DNA of 64,000 nt, from the NCBI GenBank assembly GCA_964482725.1, contig CAYZYT010000001.1:86318-150317 (forward strand), given 5' to 3'. Positions 45,473-54,283 of the stretch are shown here, in pieces. A model generated the notes under the pieces. It searched no databases. It had not been told where the DNA came from and saw only the letters and a program-made list of their open reading frames with translations. The position numbers were made by a program, and so were the translations under genes. Numbering within the stretch: the stretch's first letter is position 1; every line of letters starts with the position of its first letter. This stretch comes from an uncultured bacterium. Lineage in GTDB: Bacteria > Omnitrophota > Omnitrophia > Omnitrophales > Aquincolibacteriaceae.

Positions 45473-46615
45473 TCAATTTTTTTGAGCGTCAGGACTTTTG
45501 TTTTTATCCAAAGCTTTCGTCCCCGAAGGGATCGTGAACCCGACGGTTGTTCCTTTGTCTATCCCCTCGGATTCGATCCAGATCCTGCCGCCGTGAAGCT
45601 CCACGAGCTTCTTGGAGATCGCCAACCCAAGTCCCGTTCCCTCGGTCTCCTTGGTATAGGCATTTTCAACTCGGGTAAAAGCTTCAAAAACCATTCCCAG
45701 GTGCTCGGAAGCGATCCCGATCCCCGTATCCCAAACAGCCACTTCGATCCCGACATCGGTCCTCCGGGCCCGGAGGCCTATCTTTCCTCCCGCAGGAGTG
45801 AATTTGACCGCGTTGGAGATCAAATTATAAAGGACCTGCTTGAGTTTGCGACGGTCGGCCTGGATCTCACCGAGGTTCTCGGAAAGTTCTATGACGAATT
45901 GGATCTTTTCAGAAAGATCCAGTCCCCCGATGAGCAGCGAGGCTTCCTCCAGAACATTTTTCACCGGGAAGACAGACGTTTCCAGGATCATCTTGCCGGA
46001 CTCCACACGCGCCAGGTCCAGGACATCTGTAATAAGAGAAAGGAGATACTGGCCGCTTGTGAGAATATTCTGGGCATATTTTTTCTGCCGTTCATTAAGC
46101 GGGCCGAAGGTCTCTTTGGTGAGAACGCCCGAAAACCCGATAATGGAGTTCAACGGCGTCCGGAGCTCATGCGACATATTGGCCAAGAACTCGTCCTTTG
46201 CCTTGCCGGCCTTTTGAAGATCCTCCGAACGCTTGCGCTCAATGGCATACCTTGCGGAACGCACGAGCAGCGGACCATCGAACTGGCTTTTGACCAGATA
46301 ATCCTCGGCACCGATCTCAAGTGCCTTGAGAGCGATCGCCTCGTCGTTCGTGCCGGTGATCACAACGATCGCAAGTTGAGCCGCACTCCCCTGAAAGCTC
46401 TCCATGGTAGAGATCCCGCGGCTGTCGGGCAAATTAAAATCCAGGAGCATCAGATCAAACGGTTCCTTGTGCAGACGATCATGGGCACCGCGAAGGGTCC
46501 CCTCGACCGAAAATTCATACCGCCCCGGGGTCTCGGCTTTCATCATCTCCTGGACCAGGAACGCCTCGTCCGGGTTGTCTTCCACCAATAACACCCTGAT
46601 CTTACCGTCCGTCAT
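45473..46615 (-). CDS. Hybrid REC-histidine kinase
   Basis: REC domain; MSHELRTPL H-box; N, G1 and G2 boxes. Confidence 0.92.
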   Translation of the reverse strand: MTDGKIRVLLVEDNPDEAFLVQEMMKAETPGRYEFSVEGTLRGAHDRLHKEPFDLMLLDFNLPDSRGISTMESFQGSAAQLAIVVITGTNDEAIALKALEIGAEDYLVKSQFDGPLLVRSARYAIERKRSEDLQKAGKAKDEFLANMSHELRTPLNSIIGFSGVLTKETFGPLNERQKKYAQNILTSGQYLLSLITDVLDLARVESGKMILETSVFPVKNVLEEASLLIGGLDLSEKIQFVIELSENLGEIQADRRKLKQVLYNLISNAVKFTPAGGKIGLRARRTDVGIEVAVWDTGIGIASEHLGMVFEAFTRVENAYTKETEGTGLGLAISKKLVELHGGRIWIESEGIDKGTTVGFTIPSGTKALDKNKSPDAQKN

Positions 46616-46636
46616 ACCCTACCCCGCTCCGTCATT

Positions 46637-46975
46637 TTATTTTGTCTCGTCCCCGGAATTCCGGTTCATTTCTTTATTCAGAAAATAGCTCGTCACCGTC
46701 CGGATGGCCACCATCGAACCCAGGACCGCCAGCTCCTGAAGCGACGGCCGGATCAGGGTCCGGACGATATCGGCACCGATCAGATATTCCAAGCCCATGA
46801 GAAGGTAAAAGCCAAAACGTTGTCTGACATGATACCGCTCCGCGCAAACATCTTTCCCTGAAAATCCTCTTACCTCCGCAACCCCCAGCGCCACCGTCGA
46901 GACAAGCGCGCCCCACACGATCACCGCCACCCCGATACATCCGATGCCCAGCGACAGGGCGTTCACGATCTCCAT
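46637..46975 (-). CDS. DUF1622 membrane protein
   Basis: LLMGLEYLIGADIVRT...IRTVTSYFL.KE. Confidence 0.88.
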   Translation of the reverse strand: MEIVNALSLGIGCIGVAVIVWGALVSTVALGVAEVRGFSGKDVCAERYHVRQRFGFYLLMGLEYLIGADIVRTLIRPSLQELAVLGSMVAIRTVTSYFLNKEMNRNSGDETK

Positions 46976-46991
46976 CGGTGTTCCTCCTTTT

Positions 46992-48260
46992 TTATTTCTT
47001 CTTTTTCTGCAATTTAAAGTCAAAAAAATCGGAATAGACAAGATCCTTTGGGTCACCGGTGGCCGGATCGATCCGCCCGTCCTTCAGATAGAACTTCACC
47101 TTCATCGTACCATTTTTTTGATCGTACAGATCGGTCCAGATCGTTCGGTTCGGAATGGTAGGATTGGCCATCCCCCGGCCCGGATTATTCCAGCGGGCGA
47201 CCACCGCGGTCTGGTTCGCGATAACATCGTCCTCGGAGAATGTATCTTTCTTGCTAAGCAGGTTCTCAAGCGCGTTGTACCGCGCGAAAGTATTATCCTC
47301 CTCGAACGGTTGATACGCCGGGAAATCCGCGGGGTTTTTAAAACGATAGAGCGGATGATTGGTGAACGGCTGCGGCTTGCCGCTATTTTCCGTGAATTCG
47401 ACGCGCAGGTTCTTGGGATTGATCTCCGCGATAAGCGACCGGCCGGACATATCGGCGATCAAAAGATGCCCCGGCTCGAACGTCAGTGAAAGTTTTTGAT
47501 TCAGGATCGCGGTCTTCGCTTCGCCCACGGTTTGACAGTTCTCAAGAACATAGCGCAGGATCTGCGTCGGGAAGATCAGGCCCGAGATATCCGGCTTCGG
47601 GTCGGTGTTGATCGCGGTGTAATTATCCGTGTGAAGAATGGCGATCAGTCCCTTCTCGTTCATGCCGCTCACCACGCTCAAAAGGTCACCCGTTCCGACA
47701 CCGATCGAGGAGTATCCTTGATCAGGGTAGAGCTCGATCACATAATTCCGGGTGAACATGGGCGGGGCATTTCCCTCGGGAAGCTTTAAGAGTTTGTTGA
47801 TCGAGCACAGCGGATAGTCCATATTGTGCCCGAGAAATCCACGGCCCCCCTCCGTAAGCGCCGGAGGATAATAGACGCTCGAACACCCCCAAGGCCCCGC
47901 GTCATAAACCAGTTGATTGAAAATCGAAAGGGAATCTCCGTAATTTTCGTTGTAAGCCGCGGCCACGCCTACGGCCCGCTCCCTCAGCACCGGAAAGTTA
48001 TCTTGCATATATTGATCCATCGCTTTCGCATAAACGGCATCCGGATACTGCTGAAGCTGGGTGATCCCGTAATCTTTCCGCGCGATATCTCCCAGGGCCT
48101 GCCCGATCTCTTCGTTGGTGCCGCGGATCACAATATGCCGGACACTTTGGTAGCTATCCTTGCCCTGTTCCAAGATCACTTCATTTTTTACAACAGGCGC
48201 CGCGAAAAGAGCGCTTGTCGAAAATAAAAAAAAGAACACGCACCACAATGTTTTCTTCAT
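46992..48260 (-). CDS. Exported Ntn hydrolase, peptidase C45/AAT family
   Basis: Internal G|CSS autocleavage site, GHNMD, GMNEKGL, TNH; start 48260. Confidence 0.85.
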   Translation of the reverse strand: MKKTLWCVFFFLFSTSALFAAPVVKNEVILEQGKDSYQSVRHIVIRGTNEEIGQALGDIARKDYGITQLQQYPDAVYAKAMDQYMQDNFPVLRERAVGVAAAYNENYGDSLSIFNQLVYDAGPWGCSSVYYPPALTEGGRGFLGHNMDYPLCSINKLLKLPEGNAPPMFTRNYVIELYPDQGYSSIGVGTGDLLSVVSGMNEKGLIAILHTDNYTAINTDPKPDISGLIFPTQILRYVLENCQTVGEAKTAILNQKLSLTFEPGHLLIADMSGRSLIAEINPKNLRVEFTENSGKPQPFTNHPLYRFKNPADFPAYQPFEEDNTFARYNALENLLSKKDTFSEDDVIANQTAVVARWNNPGRGMANPTIPNRTIWTDLYDQKNGTMKVKFYLKDGRIDPATGDPKDLVYSDFFDFKLQKKKK

Positions 48261-48276
48261 AGGGGCTCCTTGTGTT

Positions 48277-48531
48277 TTAAAGTACCGCGGCACTGCTTCC
48301 TGCCGTCGACCCGGTCCGGGCCGGTTTTTCGAATCTCGCCTTCTCCTGAGCATAGGCTTCGCTGGAAGCCGAAGAGGAGGAGGAAGAGGAAGAAGCCATT
48401 TGCTTCGCCTTGCGGGCGGCAAGCGCTGTTCTTGCCGCGCGGATACCGAAGATGGCATAAGCCGACGGTATTTCCAAAAGGAACGCCATGGCCATGAGCC
48501 AAATGATCATTCTAAAAAAATTCTTCATCAT
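48277..48531 (-). CDS. Small exported hypothetical protein
   Basis: Signal peptide ending AYA; Ser-rich tail; AAGGAG RBS. Confidence 0.5.
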   Translation of the reverse strand: MMKNFFRMIIWLMAMAFLLEIPSAYAIFGIRAARTALAARKAKQMASSSSSSSSASSEAYAQEKARFEKPARTGSTAGSSAAVL

Positions 48532-48566
48532 AAGCCGTGTTCTCCTTTGGGTGACAGTCACCTTTT

Positions 48567-49706
48567 TTACGGTTTGCCGGCAGGATAATACTTTACCGGA
48601 AGCGGACCGAACTCTTTGGCCTCCGCGGTCACGTCACGATATCCCGCGGGCATTTCTGCCGGGATCGTCATGATCCCCTTGGCCTGGGCGAGGGCCTTTG
48701 TCACATCGACCATGCGCCAATCTTTATTGGCGTAGGTATGGAAATAAAACCTTTTTCCGGAAAGGTCCGCAACGACGGCCCATTGGGTTTGGTCGTAGAC
48801 CGGCTCCTTACCGCTCATGTCACGGACTGAACCGATCGGGATATCGATATTGTTGATGATCGTCATCGCGAGATTGAGACCTTCTTCCGCCCCAGTCACG
48901 GGAAGCGATGAATGCACCAGTGCCACCATGCGAACGAACCGGGACGGCGGAGTGTAATCCCCCGGAAGCCCCAACATCCCTGATCCCTGGCCAAAACCGG
49001 ATTGCTTCAATCCTTCGACCGTGAAAGGCTTCGGGTTCGCCGCAGAGAGATTGGCATAATTACGAAGATTGGTCAGATGCCAATCAAACGGCGGCGAGTT
49101 GGTCATCACGCCAAGCGGGTTGTCATAGACCTTGAGTTCACCATTCACATATTCGATGACGATCGAATCCCCTTTTGAATCATGAACGGTATAATGAAGC
49201 GGTAGCTTGCCGACCAGCGCCTCAGGCCCCTTGGAGACGCGAATATTTTTGATGGCTTCTTTCACTTCACCGACCGTAGCGAAATTCGACAAGATCCAGG
49301 TGATCACTTCATACTGAGCGATCGTGCTGGAAGCCTGGGCCGGATCGAATGTCTGGTATCCGGCGTATCCGGGGAACATAAGATTCCCGGCGGCCAATCC
49401 CGCATCGTTCATCCCGTCACTGATCACGGGCAGACCGTACGTATTCATCCCGACCATTCCGTATTTCGTGGTCCACGCGAGGCCGGCTTGAGTGCCATCC
49501 GTCAATGTTCCCTGATATTTCGTTCCTTGGGGGATCACGGACACCGAAGAGTGGAAGAGTTCCCCGCCTTCCATCGTCCGCGCATAAAACACGAGGCCGT
49601 CCGCTGTTTTCACACGAAGACTGGTGCAAGCGCTCGCGCACGGCACGAGCCCCATGCACACTACCATGACTCCACAAAGGATTTTGATCGTCGTCGTCTT
49701 CTTCAT
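48567..49706 (-). CDS. Choloylglycine hydrolase / penicillin V acylase family (C59), exported
   Basis: ASA|CTS, ARTME, DGMN, TNSP, LPGDYTPPSRFVR. Confidence 0.93.
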   Translation of the reverse strand: MKKTTTIKILCGVMVVCMGLVPCASACTSLRVKTADGLVFYARTMEGGELFHSSVSVIPQGTKYQGTLTDGTQAGLAWTTKYGMVGMNTYGLPVISDGMNDAGLAAGNLMFPGYAGYQTFDPAQASSTIAQYEVITWILSNFATVGEVKEAIKNIRVSKGPEALVGKLPLHYTVHDSKGDSIVIEYVNGELKVYDNPLGVMTNSPPFDWHLTNLRNYANLSAANPKPFTVEGLKQSGFGQGSGMLGLPGDYTPPSRFVRMVALVHSSLPVTGAEEGLNLAMTIINNIDIPIGSVRDMSGKEPVYDQTQWAVVADLSGKRFYFHTYANKDWRMVDVTKALAQAKGIMTIPAEMPAGYRDVTAEAKEFGPLPVKYYPAGKP

Positions 49707-49730
49707 AAGTGTTCCCTTTATTTTACAGTC

Positions 49731-50831
49731 TTATTTGATAGAGTCCGTAATGTCGATGGCCGGCTGATCGATAAAGCTTGAGAAAAGCACAGGCCCGATC
49801 TTTTTTTTCTGCGCGAAAAGCTTATTCAAATCGATGAGTAAATAATTCAGCCGGTGGGCATAGTCGGAGACAAAAATCTTGTTATTTTTGAGGTCTTTGA
49901 TGAGGGTGATCTGCGCCGTCTCCAGCATGGCCTGGCCCTCGTAATCGCCGGAATTGACCGACCCTTTTGGGATATCCACGGTATTGATGATGTGCCCGGC
50001 AAGAGAATACGCTTCTTCCGCCGTATCAACGGGAGCCGCAAAAGAACGGAGCAGGCTTACCTTCACAAATCTGGATGCCGATTTGAAATCCCCGGGAAGT
50101 CCCGTCATCCCGTCGCCGGTGCTGAGTTCTTTTAAGGCATATCCGTCTCGCTCCAACGAAACCATGTCTTTAGGGTTCAGCGTCATATAATTCCGGAGGT
50201 TCGTAAGATGCCAATCATACGTGGGGCTGTTGGTCATCGTATGCGTAACGTTATCATGGATATTCAGCTTGCCCTTCACGTACTCCACAACGATTCCCGC
50301 ACCCGTCCTGTCAGTGATCGCGAAATGGAGCGTAGCACTTCCCTGGGCCGACACCGCAGGTGTCCAGACGGTGCATTTCGGCAAAGCTGCCCGGACTTCC
50401 TGAACCGTCGCAAAGTTCCCCATGATCCAGTCTCCCAGATCCGCCAAAGACACAACAGTTTTGTCTTCGGGCGTCACTGTCTGGAATTCAGTGAATCCCG
50501 GCAAATTCAATCCTTCCATATTAAGCCCGGCTTCGTTCTGAGCGGAATCGAGCCCCTGTTGAACGGTCACGCCCACTCCGGCATAGGCATATTGGCTCAT
50601 CCACGACGTAGGTTTAAAATCTTTCGCCACCTTGTCAGCAGGATAGCTCGCCGTAAAAGTTTCGCCCTTGGGCACCACCACAAAAGTGTACTCCATGGGA
50701 AATCCCCATTCGATCGTGCGCCCGATCACAACGCTGCCGTCTTTTGCTTCCACATCGACAAAAGTACAGGCGCTGACGCACGGCGCCAAAGCTATGCATA
50801 ACGACATTATTAAACCCATGATCTTTTTCAT
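49731..50831 (-). CDS. Choloylglycine hydrolase family (C59), second copy
   Basis: VSA|CTF, GRTIE, TNSP, LPGD...SRFV. Confidence 0.92.
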   Translation of the reverse strand: MKKIMGLIMSLCIALAPCVSACTFVDVEAKDGSVVIGRTIEWGFPMEYTFVVVPKGETFTASYPADKVAKDFKPTSWMSQYAYAGVGVTVQQGLDSAQNEAGLNMEGLNLPGFTEFQTVTPEDKTVVSLADLGDWIMGNFATVQEVRAALPKCTVWTPAVSAQGSATLHFAITDRTGAGIVVEYVKGKLNIHDNVTHTMTNSPTYDWHLTNLRNYMTLNPKDMVSLERDGYALKELSTGDGMTGLPGDFKSASRFVKVSLLRSFAAPVDTAEEAYSLAGHIINTVDIPKGSVNSGDYEGQAMLETAQITLIKDLKNNKIFVSDYAHRLNYLLIDLNKLFAQKKKIGPVLFSSFIDQPAIDITDSIK

Positions 50832-50854
50832 AAATTTCCTTTTTCTTTCTCCGG

Positions 50855-51385
50855 TTATATTTTCTTTTTCTCAAACCATACAAATGCCGACAAGATCACC
50901 AGAGCGATGACGGGAATAATGATCCAAGCCGAGATCCCGAAGGCTTCGGGCAACCCGATCGTACCGAAATCTTTCCACGCAAGAACTGTGGATTGAAAGA
51001 AAGGAAAAAGCGCGGCAAAAATTCCCCCGCCCAAGAGCATCCCCAGGAGTGCAAAAATGGCATGCCACCGACCCTCCGCGACCGCAGCCCCGGAAGTCCC
51101 CGGGCAAAAACCCATGAATGGCAACCCGATCCCAAAAAGAACGCCGCCCCATAAAACGCCTCCCACATTCATGGGTTTGTGCGCGAAAGAAATCATGCCA
51201 AGATCTGCGAAAATCCAGATCCCCACCATACCCACCAGAACAGCGGCAAGCAAGAATTTGATCACCGCCGCGTCCTTGAGGAGTAATGCGTTGATCACTT
51301 TTTCAAAACGAAGGATGTGCGCTTTCTGCAAAAGAACTCCGAAAAAGATCCCCGTGATCAGGCCCAAAATCTGCGTCAGACTCAT
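50855..51385 (-). CDS. YeeE/YedE sulfur-compound transporter subunit
   Basis: GG.LFGIG....GFCPGT motif. Confidence 0.88.
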   Translation of the reverse strand: MSLTQILGLITGIFFGVLLQKAHILRFEKVINALLLKDAAVIKFLLAAVLVGMVGIWIFADLGMISFAHKPMNVGGVLWGGVLFGIGLPFMGFCPGTSGAAVAEGRWHAIFALLGMLLGGGIFAALFPFFQSTVLAWKDFGTIGLPEAFGISAWIIIPVIALVILSAFVWFEKKKI

Positions 51386-51942
51386 TGGGGTTTCCTCCCG
51401 TAAACAATGCGGGCAACGAGGGCGGCCACAACAAAGAATGCCATGAAGAACACAAACCCGCTCGCGGACAGTTGCATCATGCCGCTAAGAGCGTTGCCGC
51501 TGGGGCAGCCGTCCGCCAGACGCGTCCCGATCAAACAGATCACGGCGCCCAGGAATGCCGCGAGGGCCCGCTTGACGATCGAAGATCCGAACTTTTCCTT
51601 CCACAGAACCGGCAGGCTTTCGGCCTTAAAACTTTTCCCGGCCAACGAAGAGATCCACGCCCCGATCACAATACCGATCACGATCATGAATTCCCAATCG
51701 ACGGTGAGACCGAGCTTATGGTAATAGGCATTGGCTTCCACATAAGCCGGGAAAAAAGGTCTTAGGATAAAACCCGAAGCGCGTGCATAAGTCGTCGATG
51801 CCCCGAGATATTTTGAAGACCCGAGAAAAAGATCCGTAACCACGGCCGCCACGATCGACAGAATTCCAACCAAGGCTCCGGCAAAATAGGGATTCCATGC
51901 ACCGTCTTCTGTTTTAAACCGTATTCTCGAAGATGAAGCCAT
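51382..51942 (-). CDS. YeeE/YedE sulfur-compound transporter subunit
   Basis: WNPY.AG, LGAST, RLADGCPSG. Confidence 0.88.
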   Translation of the reverse strand: MASSSRIRFKTEDGAWNPYFAGALVGILSIVAAVVTDLFLGSSKYLGASTTYARASGFILRPFFPAYVEANAYYHKLGLTVDWEFMIVIGIVIGAWISSLAGKSFKAESLPVLWKEKFGSSIVKRALAAFLGAVICLIGTRLADGCPSGNALSGMMQLSASGFVFFMAFFVVAALVARIVYGRKPQ

Positions 51943-51983
51943 GGATTTTTCCTCCGCCGTATATGAGTTGGCTTTAAAAATAG

Positions 51984-52802
51984 TTAATAAAAAAAACCAA
52001 TGCGCGCTTCCATCTTGAATTCATAGGTCGTATAGAATTGGGCCAGTTCCCCGCTGTGGTACATCGGAAATCCGAGCTCCACCGAGAAAACGGCCTTTTG
52101 GGGAATGGTTTTTCCGATCGCGATGTCGAACGGCACGAAGACGGCACCCTTGTCCTGGAAATTGATCTGAAGATCGGGCGAAGGAAATGCGGTGATGAAC
52201 CAGTGACGCGGGAGCATCCAGTTCACCATGGGCGCCATTTCGAGCGTGCTGATGTGACTCCTCTTGGAAGAGCCCGCATAGTCGCCAGCATACCGCATGA
52301 GGAAAGCTGCAAAGCTTCCGTTGCTTATTCCGGGAAGCGACCTGCGAACGCCCAGGGTGGGCACGATCTGGTATTTCCCGTCGCCCATCTGATCGGTACC
52401 TGCCGTCGGAAAAACGAACTGGGTGCCGGCCGCAGCCGCCCATTGGTCGTTAAATTTCCTAGCCAGAAGTATCTGAGCGAGAATATCTCCCAACCCGAAC
52501 CGAAGCGCTCCGTTCGGCTCATCCGCGGTCACCTTATTGGTAAGGTCAGAAGGAAGATCGACGCGAAGCCCGATCCCCCAGAAATCGTTCATCACGATCG
52601 GATAGTCAGAGCGGAGAGTAAAGATATTCTTGGAGCGTCCTTCTTTCAGAAGCTGATACTGGTAACGAGCGTCGACGCGGGAGAGCGGGCGTGTGATGTC
52701 CTGACCATTGTTGATCTGCCGGTTCCCGCCGACTTCTGCGGCAAAAGCGGCGGCGGAAAGGACCAAGCTAAGAAGCGCTAGAAGAAGGGTTCTTTTGAGC
52801 AT
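51984..52802 (-). CDS. Outer-membrane beta-barrel protein (related to 37106-37987)
   Basis: Signal peptide, GLGD, FPTA....G.GK; aromatic C-terminus. Confidence 0.7.
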   Translation of the reverse strand: MLKRTLLLALLSLVLSAAAFAAEVGGNRQINNGQDITRPLSRVDARYQYQLLKEGRSKNIFTLRSDYPIVMNDFWGIGLRVDLPSDLTNKVTADEPNGALRFGLGDILAQILLARKFNDQWAAAAGTQFVFPTAGTDQMGDGKYQIVPTLGVRRSLPGISNGSFAAFLMRYAGDYAGSSKRSHISTLEMAPMVNWMLPRHWFITAFPSPDLQINFQDKGAVFVPFDIAIGKTIPQKAVFSVELGFPMYHSGELAQFYTTYEFKMEARIGFFY

Positions 52803-52899
52803 ATCTTATGGTCGAAATTATACCGTAAAAAAAATAATCGCCTAAAGAAAATACGCTCTAAAAAAGCGCACCAACGGCAAATCGCCCTCTTTGATTTTA

Positions 52900-52940
52900 G
52901 TCCCAATTCTTATCAATTTCAGAGCGTCTGAAATTGGGGC
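52900..52940 (-). promoter_or_regulatory. Repeated palindromic leader motif, copy 3
   Basis: + strand GTCCC-N8-TCAATTTCA-gagcgtc-TGAAATTGGGGC. Confidence 0.65.
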
Positions 52941-53166
52941 AATCCCTGTCTCCATTTAATAAAAAAATAAGACAGGGATAGGGCTATCTGCCGATACAAT
53001 ATCCATAGGCGGTCGTTCAGAGCTCAAGACTTATGGGGCGGGAACATCAAAAGAAAAGGCTTGCCCCGTTAGAGTCTTAAACCACTCAAAGCGGGAGTTG
53101 AAAAAATAAAAGTTGATCTTAATCAGAAATTTCAGATAACAGCTCAAGACTCTAACGGGGGAACAC

Positions 53167-53523
53167 ATGAAAAAATATCTTCTGGCGTTTGGGGTGGTTG
53201 CATTGGCCTTGATAAGCTTGGTCTCTACATCGCGGGCCGCCGAGGACAACGCTTTCACAAAATTCGGACGCGGCATGGCCAACATCGTGATCTCCCCCGG
53301 AGAGCTTTACACACAACCGCTATTGCTTTCGAAAAATAACGATGCCCCTGTCGCCATTTTCGGAGGACTACTCAAAGGAACAGCGATATTTCTCGCCCGG
53401 GAAGGGGTGGGAATCTATGAAGTGCTCACGTTCCCCTTTCCGATGCCAAAGGGATACCGGCCGATCATTGAGCCCGCCACAACCTTCACGGATTGGGATA
53501 CCCGCAAGCCCCAGAACGGATAG
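53167..53523 (+). CDS. Exosortase-system-associated protein, TIGR04073-like
   Basis: KFGRG.AN.....GE, G..KG.....R...G.YEV.TFPFP....Y.P..EP. Confidence 0.8.
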   Translation: MKKYLLAFGVVALALISLVSTSRAAEDNAFTKFGRGMANIVISPGELYTQPLLLSKNNDAPVAIFGGLLKGTAIFLAREGVGIYEVLTFPFPMPKGYRPIIEPATTFTDWDTRKPQNG

Positions 53524-53630
53524 CGAACATCAAACGCACCCATCAAGTGCTTAGGCTGGGATAATTCCTGATATGATTAGGAGGCCCTGAGAAACCGGCT
53601 ATACTGCCTTTCTCAAAGGGGGTGATTCCA

Positions 53631-53702
53631 TTGGGTAATAAGAGCAATTCGACCAGAGAGAAAAAAAAGAAAAAAGGCGCCTTCAAAGGCAAAAAGAAAT
53701 AA
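53631..53702 (+). CDS. 23-aa Lys-rich micropeptide
   Basis: TTG start behind AAAGGGGGTGA; MGNKSNSTREKKKKKGAFKGKKK. Confidence 0.4.
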   Translation: MGNKSNSTREKKKKKGAFKGKKK

Positions 53703-53814
53703 AGCTACAAAAGTGGCGGTTATTCAAACGACCCGCTTGAAAAAGAAATGATAAATTTGGGCTGTCCCTGGATGGCCGCCACTTGAACCCTACCCGAGAA
53801 AGCGCCCTCCCTCT

Positions 53815-54228
53815 TTAATAACCCCAGGGACCCCACGGGCCCCAGACGCCCCAATTGAACATGGTTTCGTTGTTCAGCTCCGCCGTTGTTTCCTGTTCGT
53901 CGGCAAGCTCTGTCTGGTAAACCATTTTCTGATAGTCCTGGTAATTTTTCTCTGTGCCGACATAAACACACTGACAGACCTCGGCATCCGCATAAACATA
54001 CATGACCTGACCCCCTTGGGTATGCGGGATCAGCTTTCGCTGCGGCATACTTTGGACATTCGCCATTTGTTCCGGCGTCTGGGCTTGCTTCATCTGAAAA
54101 CCCGCCGCCGCAAGAGTCTCCTCTTTGGATCTGGCGTTACTATCCCGTATCGTCTGGCAGCCGGTCAGTGCGACCAGGGCACAGACGATCCAAAGGCCTA
54201 TCGAAACTTTCCGTTTTAAGAAAACCAT
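53815..54228 (-). CDS. Hypothetical lipoprotein
   Basis: LTGC lipobox; L.AAGF, YVYAD...C.C.YVG motif; start 54228. Confidence 0.8.
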   Translation of the reverse strand: MVFLKRKVSIGLWIVCALVALTGCQTIRDSNARSKEETLAAAGFQMKQAQTPEQMANVQSMPQRKLIPHTQGGQVMYVYADAEVCQCVYVGTEKNYQDYQKMVYQTELADEQETTAELNNETMFNWGVWGPWGPWGY

Positions 54229-54283
54229 AATCCCCTCTTTCCTGTAATATTGCGGTGAATGGCGCGCCACAGGCCCCTTCGCC

